Source: a virus | Virus record (IMG/VR): IMGVR_UViG_3300028146_000002 | Location: 1 to 57,297 of that record | DNA length: 57,297 nt | Direction: 5' to 3' (one strand) | Shown here: positions 24,633 through 32,305 of the stretch, piece by piece | How positions within the stretch are numbered: position 1 is the stretch's first letter | Layout: each line of letters opens with the position of its first letter | Notes under the pieces: model-generated | What the model saw: the letters and a program-made list of their open reading frames with translations, nothing else | Databases searched by the model: none | What the model was told of the DNA's origin: nothing | Position numbers and translations under genes: made by a program

Positions 24633-26312
24633 CTAGTTTGGACCCGACCACGTACCAGCCAACGTGTCCACTACCCAAAGATTGGCCTTTGGGCTAAACA
24701 GATGAAGCGTGCTTCCAATCGTTGATGAGAAGATCGTCCCGTCAGTGGACGAAACTGTTGAGGTATACCGAATCACATCCGATGCCGCTGCCCCATTCGT
24801 CTTGACGCACAAAATCTGAGCGGCATCAACATAGAATGAGTAATGCAAACCAACCGCAGCAGTCGGAAGTGTGTTGGTTCTTGCCCCCACTGCGCCAGTG
24901 TTGTTGAAGAACGTTCCACTATCAGTTGTGAGCACTGTGTAATTTGCTGTTTTTGCCGCTACAACCACTTGTATCCCAGAACCTCCGTACGTTTCGATGT
25001 TGATATTGGTGTATAACCCCTGCTTCCACTCAACGCGCAGTTTGACGTAAGTTCCGTTTGGAAACGTGCGACTGGTGCCCTTGTCGCTGGAGTTAATGGA
25101 AGCTGGATTGGTAAACACAACGTCCCCATTGGTGCAGATCAGTGAGACAATACCATACCTTACGTCGTTTACTGTGCCCGTGCCGCTGACTCCCGTAATA
25201 CCACAGGCGGCATTGGCGCTCAGGTTTGCTATTCCGTTAGTGGCTCCAAGCGGAAACGCTGTGTTCGTTGTCCACGCATTCGTCCGAGAGTCAAAGTAGC
25301 CTATCCAGTACTTCGAGTTGATGCCAATATCTGCGGTCACTGTCCCGTTGTCCAATGCAGCGATATTGCCCCCAGTATCGGAGTAAACCTGAAACAATCC
25401 GGACACGTTGGTAACGACTATTCTATTAAGAGTCGCGTCCAACATCTTAAGAAAGACACCACTAGAATTAGTCGCGGCCAGGACGATACCCCCACCCGTA
25501 AGCTCAGATGCGGTGATAGAACCCTTGGTCCCAGCCGCGCTGATTATGTTAATCACGTGGCTGTTATTGTTGGCGAGGGTAAGGCTATTACTCAACGCGG
25601 CTGCGATGCTGTAGTTATTGGTAAGCACTCCCGCGGGAAGGGTGGCTACTGCCGTGGGCGCTCCATTCGTAAACTGACTTCCATCCCAGAAGTAGCCATC
25701 GCCCGCCGCCAATGCTGTTCCGGCCATATGCGAGTGATTCGACAATTCCAAGAGCGGAAGGTTGGTAACGCCCGAGCCGTCTCCCGTAAACACACCGGCA
25801 AAAGCTGTGAATCCACCGGTTGAAGTCAACCCGTATGGCCCGATTGTGACAGGCCCAGCCGTAGCTGGAAACTTCCAGCCGACAGTGTTGTCAGCGTAAC
25901 GCCACGTGTAAGCTCCATTGACCATTTGAATCGTCGTATCAGTGGTTATTCGCTGAGACAGATTCGTCGCCGTCGTATTCGGCCAGTTCGTAAGTGCAGC
26001 CGCATTGAACGTGCCCGAGCCAGATCCGCTGCTATTCGTTGAAACCTGACTCAGCAAGTAAGTCTGAGCCACCAAAAGGTCCCGGTCACTCAGGGCATAG
26101 AATGCCGCGCCGTTAGACAGGATTGACGAAGGGGAAACCACCGTGCCGTAAACCAGAAGCGAGAGCAGGGTTGATTGCGAGATTTCCAACTCGCGCGGAC
26201 CTAATGCATAGAACGCTGCGCCTGACGAAAGGATTGAGGAAGGCGTTTGCTGGCTCGTTCCAATCCCGACAATCAGCATCAGGCATAATAGTACCGATGC
26301 GACGCGCCTCAT
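24633..26312 (-). CDS. Tail fibre or tailspike paralogue 1
   Basis: 559 aa, rich in S/T/N/G. Its roughly 95-aa N-terminal module is shared with 27064..28788. Confidence 0.55.
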   Translation of the reverse strand: MRRVASVLLCLMLIVGIGTSQQTPSSILSSGAAFYALGPRELEISQSTLLSLLVYGTVVSPSSILSNGAAFYALSDRDLLVAQTYLLSQVSTNSSGSGSGTFNAAALTNWPNTTATNLSQRITTDTTIQMVNGAYTWRYADNTVGWKFPATAGPVTIGPYGLTSTGGFTAFAGVFTGDGSGVTNLPLLELSNHSHMAGTALAAGDGYFWDGSQFTNGAPTAVATLPAGVLTNNYSIAAALSNSLTLANNNSHVINIISAAGTKGSITASELTGGGIVLAATNSSGVFLKMLDATLNRIVVTNVSGLFQVYSDTGGNIAALDNGTVTADIGINSKYWIGYFDSRTNAWTTNTAFPLGATNGIANLSANAACGITGVSGTGTVNDVRYGIVSLICTNGDVVFTNPASINSSDKGTSRTFPNGTYVKLRVEWKQGLYTNINIETYGGSGIQVVVAAKTANYTVLTTDSGTFFNNTGAVGARTNTLPTAAVGLHYSFYVDAAQILCVKTNGAAASDVIRYTSTVSSTDGTIFSSTIGSTLHLFSPKANLWVVDTLAGTWSGPN

Positions 26313-27064
26313 GGTGCCTGCTTGATTTCAATCGCCATCGCCGCCCAAGCAGTAGATGTGCCTGTAATCGCGACAGTATTGTCAGTTGTCGCCAATCGGA
26401 AAACCCCGTAGATGCCGTCAAAGGGTGTGGCGAAGTTGGCGGCATAGTCCGTGGTCCATCCAGACTCAGGAGAGCCATTGAAAGTGGCCGCCGTCACATT
26501 AAAGTTCGCGACGGCATAAACCGCATTGGCTGATCCAATTAAGGATGCCAACGTGATATTCGGATTCGTGCTCGCATCATTGCCATTAAACCCGACCTGG
26601 ACAATCGCTCCGCTTCCATTTGCTCCACTAGTATCAGCGTTGACGAACTGAAACACGCGAATATGGCAGCCCGCCTGATTCACGCCACCAAAGTCAGCAG
26701 TGCCGGCTGTCGTCGTTGGAGAGGCGCCCATTGCGCGAAAGAAGGTCAGGCGCAGAGTCGGGCTGGCCAACGTATTGAAGTTCGTCGTGCCGATTTGGAC
26801 CCACGTAAGGCCGTTGCCTGAGAATGTTGGAGTGGTCGAAGGTGTGTTCGCGCTGGCGACTATCGCTATCACCAGAGCATTTGCCGTGGGGGTGTAAGTG
26901 GCCGCAGTCGAATAGCTATTCGCCGCACTAGTGGTATTGAGGACACCCAGATTGGTCGTTATCGTCATCGTCGGCGTTGCAGCGGCCGCGCCAGCTTTTT
27001 GTAGTTGAGGCATGCGAAACGTGAACGCCTGACAAATGAGTAAAATGGCTAGTGGCCAATTCAT
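26309..27064 (-). CDS. Hypothetical protein between the fibre paralogues
   Basis: 251 aa with a hydrophobic N-terminus and beta-rich composition. Confidence 0.4.
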   Translation of the reverse strand: MNWPLAILLICQAFTFRMPQLQKAGAAAATPTMTITTNLGVLNTTSAANSYSTAATYTPTANALVIAIVASANTPSTTPTFSGNGLTWVQIGTTNFNTLASPTLRLTFFRAMGASPTTTAGTADFGGVNQAGCHIRVFQFVNADTSGANGSGAIVQVGFNGNDASTNPNITLASLIGSANAVYAVANFNVTAATFNGSPESGWTTDYAANFATPFDGIYGVFRLATTDNTVAITGTSTAWAAMAIEIKQAP

Positions 27065-28788
27065 TAATTAAGGGGGAAGTAGTTGTAGTTGGTAACTACA
27101 CTACCATACACCCACACAGTGACGACGGTTTGATTGGTGACGAATGGAACGCCAGTGGTTACGACTCCCGCAGGGGAAGTCAAAGTCCATGGGCTGGAGC
27201 CGACTCCATTGGTTTTTATGAGGAACACAGTCGTCTCTACTTTAGTCTTGCCTGAGGTTTGGTTGATAGGGCCTCCCAGGGTATATGACGCCCCCACGTT
27301 CGTCATACTATACCCGAGGGCTAAATCCGGGAAGTTCGACATATTGGTAGGATATATGGTTTGGTTCACCACAAGATTGTTCCATGTAACAAACTCAGGG
27401 TTTGAAAAATTGGCAGGTTGGAGGTTGCCTCCGGTCACGGTAACCGCGCACGCATTGGAGTTTATGATGATAACCCCGTTTGTGTAAGGAGAGTATATCA
27501 CATTATTGAATTCCAATGTTCCACCAGGCACCACCAAAACAGCAAGCTTCGTCATCCCATGACCAGCATGAGCGGCCAAGTTAAAGGTCGAGTTGCTTAC
27601 CTTCCAAAACGAGGGATTGTTAAGATTAATCCCCGTCGAGAACCAGATAACAGCATCCCCGGTTAAGCCGTGCACATCGCCCCCAGTGGGGTTGTTCGTG
27701 TCAATCACTATGGGGTGGTCTGACGCTGAGTATTTGAAATGGCAACTGTCAATGACGACCTTGGAACTGCCTTGGTCGAATAGACCGATGTTTGAATTGG
27801 TCCCACCGACTCCCTCAAATGTGTCGCCAAAAAAGAGATTGGTATTGTCGCCGACAAAAGACAACCCAGTCAAATCCGCCCCGTTCGTGCCCAACACTCG
27901 ATTCACGAAAGTGCTATTTATCCATGTTCCATTGCCAGACAAGTAACCGAAGTTTCCAGTGGTTCTCGGGCTATTGGTCAAGTTGTCTTGAACGAATACC
28001 GAATTGTAAGACGAAACCGAACCATTAGGCGCGGTGACATCTAAACCGAGGACAGTCTCATGTCCGTATGACTTACAATTCAAAAATGATATGTCAAAGA
28101 ACCCGATGCTCACTGTGTTGTTATATAAGTAGTGAGAGGTGAAGGCGTACCTCTGAGTCACGATCAGGTCATACAGGGTGACGTTCCCATGCATGATTAT
28201 GGCGTCGGTGTTGGTATAGTCAGTCGTGATGGTCTTGCCGTTGCCGTACACCGTAATGTTGGTCCAATTCAATGCCGAAGCGGGATCGCCATTGTTGATT
28301 GCGTTGGTAAAAGACGTGTTGCTCCTAAGGAAAATACTATCTCCGAACATGTTATTCGACGATGCCAAGCCTATTGATGGATATGGAGAGGTTATCAACC
28401 CTCGCTGGCCAGTTGTCCCGCTTGTGTTGACATACAAGTAAGCAGCGTTACCGATAGGGGCGAAACCAAGGGTATTGGTGATGTTTGATACCGTGACTCC
28501 TCCGGTCGCCGAAACCACGCTTAACAAGTAAGTCTCGGCCACTTCCAGGTCGTGCGGACTCATCGCGTAAAACGGCGCAGCGTTCGAAAGAATGGTGTTC
28601 GGGGACATCACCGTGCCGTAAACCAGGATGGACAAAAAGGACGACTGCGCGATTTGAAGATCTCGGTCAGACAGCGCGTAATACGCCGAGCCGGCAGCTA
28701 GGATTTGTGAAGGGGTTTGCTGGCTGACGGTTATCCCGACTACCAGCATCAGGGCCAGAATTGCGGCGGCAAGTTTTCTCATAAACAA
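27064..28788 (-). CDS. Tail fibre or tailspike paralogue 2 (possible beta-helix receptor-binding domain)
   Basis: 574 aa. It shares the N-terminal module. N/T/G-rich periodic strands suggest a parallel beta-helix. Confidence 0.55.
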   Translation of the reverse strand: MFMRKLAAAILALMLVVGITVSQQTPSQILAAGSAYYALSDRDLQIAQSSFLSILVYGTVMSPNTILSNAAPFYAMSPHDLEVAETYLLSVVSATGGVTVSNITNTLGFAPIGNAAYLYVNTSGTTGQRGLITSPYPSIGLASSNNMFGDSIFLRSNTSFTNAINNGDPASALNWTNITVYGNGKTITTDYTNTDAIIMHGNVTLYDLIVTQRYAFTSHYLYNNTVSIGFFDISFLNCKSYGHETVLGLDVTAPNGSVSSYNSVFVQDNLTNSPRTTGNFGYLSGNGTWINSTFVNRVLGTNGADLTGLSFVGDNTNLFFGDTFEGVGGTNSNIGLFDQGSSKVVIDSCHFKYSASDHPIVIDTNNPTGGDVHGLTGDAVIWFSTGINLNNPSFWKVSNSTFNLAAHAGHGMTKLAVLVVPGGTLEFNNVIYSPYTNGVIIINSNACAVTVTGGNLQPANFSNPEFVTWNNLVVNQTIYPTNMSNFPDLALGYSMTNVGASYTLGGPINQTSGKTKVETTVFLIKTNGVGSSPWTLTSPAGVVTTGVPFVTNQTVVTVWVYGSVVTNYNYFPLN

Positions 28789-28822
28789 AAAGGCACTACA
28801 CCGCCGAAATGGAAGGGTGGAG

Positions 28823-29212
28823 TTAGCTCAATATGGACAGGTAAACACCAAAGTCCCACAGGGCCAGTCGCATCAAAGCATCATCGTCCATTGCCAGCAG
28901 GTAAGCGTAGGCAACTGATTGTGTTTTCGTGGTGATGCTGGTGTTGGCCAAATCCTGCCCACCGCCTCCGGCGTTAAGGGCGGCAAACACCAACGACGTA
29001 AAAATCGGCAATAGTTTCTGGCGAGGGATTCCGCGCATTGCGGTTTCGGCGGCCGCCAGATCGGTCTTCACCGTCGCCGCGGTGGTTGTCAGGGCATTTG
29101 AATGAGCGAGGCTATAAAGGCCGAGCGCCAGCATGGCCAACTGCGCGTGATGGTCCAGCAATTGCGGCCCGTAAGGGCCGGCCTGCGTGATGATGTAGTC
29201 AGAATTCGCCAT
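28823..29212 (-). CDS. Hypothetical head-associated protein
   Basis: 129-aa ORF two genes downstream of the putative capsid gene. Confidence 0.35.
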   Translation of the reverse strand: MANSDYIITQAGPYGPQLLDHHAQLAMLALGLYSLAHSNALTTTAATVKTDLAAAETAMRGIPRQKLLPIFTSLVFAALNAGGGGQDLANTSITTKTQSVAYAYLLAMDDDALMRLALWDFGVYLSILS

Positions 29213-29215
29213 AAA

Positions 29216-29512
29216 TCAGTAATCTCCCGACGGGGTGTTGGGCACGCTCTCGCGCAGATCGGTTTTCCAATCCTTCTCGCCGCCCTTGGGATGGACGCAT
29301 TCGACTTCCAAGTCGCCGTCGGCGTCTTCGCCCACGACCTTGAGAGTGATTGTGTCGCCCGCCTTGTAATTCTCCCGTCCGGGAAAACTGTCCGGCAGGA
29401 AAAATGTCTGGTCGCCCTGGTCGGAGCTTTCACTCTCGCCCATCTCGGAAGGATCGCCAGTGTTGGTTGGGCCGCTGGCGTCCGCGGCGTCCATTGCTCG
29501 AAGGATTCGCAT
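29216..29512 (-). CDS. Hypothetical acidic protein
   Basis: 98-aa ORF immediately downstream of the putative capsid gene. Confidence 0.35.
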   Translation of the reverse strand: MRILRAMDAADASGPTNTGDPSEMGESESSDQGDQTFFLPDSFPGRENYKAGDTITLKVVGEDADGDLEVECVHPKGGEKDWKTDLRESVPNTPSGDY

Positions 29513-29519
29513 AAGTCAT

Positions 29520-29547
29520 CCCTCGCCGATCTTTCGACCGGCGAGGG
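29520..29547 (-). promoter_or_regulatory. 9-bp G/C hairpin directly after the putative capsid gene
   Basis: CCCTCGCCG pairs with CGGCGAGGG. No U-tract follows. Confidence 0.45.
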
Positions 29548-29560
29548 TTCAAGTTTAAGA

Positions 29561-30898
29561 CTACGACTCGTCGCAGAACGAGTTGTAAGGTGTGATGTTC
29601 TGGTAGCCCGTGCCAGTGGTGATGCTAGTCGGCCAGGTGATGGTCGCCGAGCGCGGCACGTCAGCAACAGGAGTCGGTTCGCGCAACGCAAGAATCCACA
29701 TCTCGATTGCCGGGAAAATGGTCTTGGTGCCCATCTCGTATTCGCCCAAAAAGTAACCCTTGTTCTTCTTGTCGTTGTAGATGGTGCAGACGCCACCCGT
29801 GTTCGGGTCGGTGGACTGGAACGCATCTGGGTTCTTCCAACTCCATTTGCCCATCAAATTGCGGGCCAGGAACGGCATGTCGGAATTGACGCTCTCGGTC
29901 TCGCCGACATAAACCTCGCGCGCTGCTCGGTTGTAAATGTGGAACAACTGGTAAGGCGCATTCTCGTATTCCGGATCGAACACAGGCTTGAGGCCAACCG
30001 TCGCCGCGCTGTTCTGGAAAGGCCAAATGCGCTTGTAACTGCCACCGCCAAGCCCGGTGAACCGGAGCGGTGTCGCGTCCACGTGGAACAGGAAATTGCC
30101 GCATCCCATCATGGCACCGAACTTGAAGAACTTGCCGCCCTTCGCGAAGTCAGCCGCATTGTACATCATCGTCAGCGCCGGATTTGCCGCGCCCAACTCC
30201 TGGAAGGTGCTGATGTCGCCCATCAATTCAAACATGCCGGTCGGCGTGTAGGCGTTGGCGAAGTAGCCCTGATAAAGCAACTGCGGGGCGAAGTGCTGGA
30301 GATACTGCATCGAAAGCTTGCTCGTCGGAACGCCGCTCGAACCAAGGACCAGCTTCGTGCAGTTCTGCTGGAACATGCTGGCGGTAGTCGCGATCTTCGT
30401 GAAGCCCGAACCGCAGATGTGAATGTAGTCACTCTGCCGCAAGGAAAGCAGCCGCAGGAAATCACTCGTGATGTTGTCGGGCACCTTCTTCAGCCCGTCA
30501 ATGATTCCACCCAACTGCGCTTCCGCTTCTTCGATGTGCCGCAGGCGGTCAAAGCAGAACGGCGGCGTCGAGTAATCGCGGTGATACTTGACGTAGGTTG
30601 AGCGAGTGCTGCCCCAGCCAAGCATCAGGCGCGTCGGATCGCACATCGGCTGAACGGCACAATGACCGCCCGTCGAATCGCTCGCATCCATCGCGTCCCA
30701 ACAACCATCGTCGTTGGGCATCGTGACGTGAATCTTGTCCCAGGTGTGCGTGGTGCCGGTGAAGGATGGCCACGGTTTGGAGGGATAAAGACCGGCGTAC
30801 GTGTAATCAATGGGGAAGCGATCTTTGGAAAGCTCCTTATCCCAGTCCGGAATTCTGCGAAAGAGAAATTCGTTGAACCTGCGACAATCTATGGCCAT
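29561..30898 (-). CDS. Putative major capsid protein
   Basis: 445 aa. It is the first gene of its minus-strand operon and is followed by a hairpin. The call rests on position and size only. Confidence 0.45.
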   Translation of the reverse strand: MAIDCRRFNEFLFRRIPDWDKELSKDRFPIDYTYAGLYPSKPWPSFTGTTHTWDKIHVTMPNDDGCWDAMDASDSTGGHCAVQPMCDPTRLMLGWGSTRSTYVKYHRDYSTPPFCFDRLRHIEEAEAQLGGIIDGLKKVPDNITSDFLRLLSLRQSDYIHICGSGFTKIATTASMFQQNCTKLVLGSSGVPTSKLSMQYLQHFAPQLLYQGYFANAYTPTGMFELMGDISTFQELGAANPALTMMYNAADFAKGGKFFKFGAMMGCGNFLFHVDATPLRFTGLGGGSYKRIWPFQNSAATVGLKPVFDPEYENAPYQLFHIYNRAAREVYVGETESVNSDMPFLARNLMGKWSWKNPDAFQSTDPNTGGVCTIYNDKKNKGYFLGEYEMGTKTIFPAIEMWILALREPTPVADVPRSATITWPTSITTGTGYQNITPYNSFCDES

Positions 30899-31046
30899 GT
30901 TAAAAGTAAGTTGTGCGCAATGCGCGATTTACTGCTGGTTATCACGAAGTCGGATGACTCGGTTGTTTTTACGAGACTCTCTCGAAGGGTTGGCGAACCC
31001 AGAACTAACAGCCGATTAAGGCTTACACCTCATTCAACTTTTTGTA

Positions 31047-31265
31047 TTGACAAAAGATGTGCCCACTGGGAACACTCGCAATGTGTTGTTCAAAGATGCG
31101 CTCAAACTGTGGCGGGGTTCCCGCTCACTGAAAGAAGCGGCTGCGGACCTTGGGATTGATTACCCGAGCTACCGAAAATACGAGACGGGCAAAAGGACTC
31201 CAGTGAAGTTGGCGCAGATCGAAATCGAAAGGCGAATGAATGCGAACCCTGACGGAAAAAGATAA
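31047..31265 (+). CDS. Small HTH protein (start uncertain)
   Basis: SLKEAAADLGIDYPSYRKYETGKRTP is an XRE-like HTH. Confidence 0.45.
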   Translation: MTKDVPTGNTRNVLFKDALKLWRGSRSLKEAAADLGIDYPSYRKYETGKRTPVKLAQIEIERRMNANPDGKR

Positions 31266-31542
31266 GCAACGATATTGGTCAAAGGTTGATGTGCGCGGCC
31301 TTGATGAATGCTGGCCGTGGATAGGATTGATTACGCGCAAAGGATATGGATTCTTTTCGGTCGGCGGAGCACGCGGCGAGCGTGGCGGCAATCACGTTCT
31401 GACCGAAGAACAGGTCCGCAGCATTCGGCGTGAGTATGTTCCGGGGCAAATCAGAATGAAGGACATCGCCATTCGCTACGGCGTTGGCTGGAAGGCAATT
31501 CAGAAAATCATTCAGCGCACTCGCTGGGGCCATCTCACGTGA
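31240..31542 (+). CDS. HNH-endonuclease paralogue lacking the catalytic core
   Basis: It keeps ECWPWIG..KGYGFF and the C-terminal EEQVRSIRREY...IAIRYGV..KAIQKII of its neighbour, but the H-N-H segment is absent. Confidence 0.5.
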   Translation: MRTLTEKDKQRYWSKVDVRGLDECWPWIGLITRKGYGFFSVGGARGERGGNHVLTEEQVRSIRREYVPGQIRMKDIAIRYGVGWKAIQKIIQRTRWGHLT

Positions 31543-31718
31543 AGATCGATCTCCAAAAAGCCCGCACTCTCTGCAATCTTCGCGCCTCCAAAGGCATCAA
31601 GGCTTCTTGGGTCGCAAAGCAAATGGGCATCTCTGCGCCTCATCTGTGCCTGATGGAAAGCGGCAAGCGCACATGGTCTGAGAAGTTGGAAAAGAAGTTC
31701 AGAGCAATCGTTGGATGA
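31539..31718 (+). CDS. XRE-family HTH protein (59 aa, GTG start)
   Basis: GTGA overlap upstream and ATGA overlap downstream. Contains ASWVAKQMGISAPHLCLMESGKR. Confidence 0.5.
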   Translation: MKIDLQKARTLCNLRASKGIKASWVAKQMGISAPHLCLMESGKRTWSEKLEKKFRAIVG

Positions 31719-32305
31719 GTGCTAAGCCACAACAAGGAACTGTGTTGCGCCAAATCGGGCAGGCGTGGCTGATGAAGTGTGATCGCTGTGGAAAAGAGTT
31801 TCTCGCCTATGCGCCCACTCGACATTTTTGCTCTCGGGCTTGTTATCGCCCGAAGGATTTCGCCGAAAGATTTTGGAAAAACGTGGACATAAAAGGACCA
31901 GACGATTGCTGGCTTTGGACATCGCCATCAGTAATCAAGGGCTATCCATCGTTTTACTGTTGCGGAAGGGGGCGGCGTGGTGGTCAGGTCGCGTGGATGT
32001 TGGAGCATGGAGAATTTCCGAAGCTTTGGGTTCTTCATAAGTGTGACGTGCCGCTTTGTGTTAACCCAAAACATCTATTCTTGGGGACGGCGATGGATAA
32101 CAATGCGGACATGATTCGGAAAGGACGCGCCAACCCCCCGCGAGGCGAGCGTTCAGGCAATGCAAAACTTAAACAGGCACAGGTTGATGAGATACGACAA
32201 CGGCATTCTTTGGGGAATATTACGCAACGCAAACTTGCTTTGGAATTTGGTGTCAGTTTTAAAACGATAAACAAAATAGTTCTGAACCAGAGGTGGGCGG
32301 TATGA
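31715..32305 (+). CDS. HNH endonuclease (HNH_3 type, homing-endonuclease-like)
   Basis: DCWLWTS..KGY, VLHKCDVPLCVNPKHLFLGTAMDNNADM, and a C-terminal HTH. Confidence 0.75.
   Translation: MSAKPQQGTVLRQIGQAWLMKCDRCGKEFLAYAPTRHFCSRACYRPKDFAERFWKNVDIKGPDDCWLWTSPSVIKGYPSFYCCGRGRRGGQVAWMLEHGEFPKLWVLHKCDVPLCVNPKHLFLGTAMDNNADMIRKGRANPPRGERSGNAKLKQAQVDEIRQRHSLGNITQRKLALEFGVSFKTINKIVLNQRWAV

Noticed and set aside
29102-30601. A 499-aa plus-strand ORF antisense to the putative capsid gene.
   Set aside because: Its composition is R/A/V/G-rich and low in complexity, and it has no motifs. It mirrors a well-formed minus-strand gene. This is the typical stop-poor antisense frame of a GC-rich coding region.
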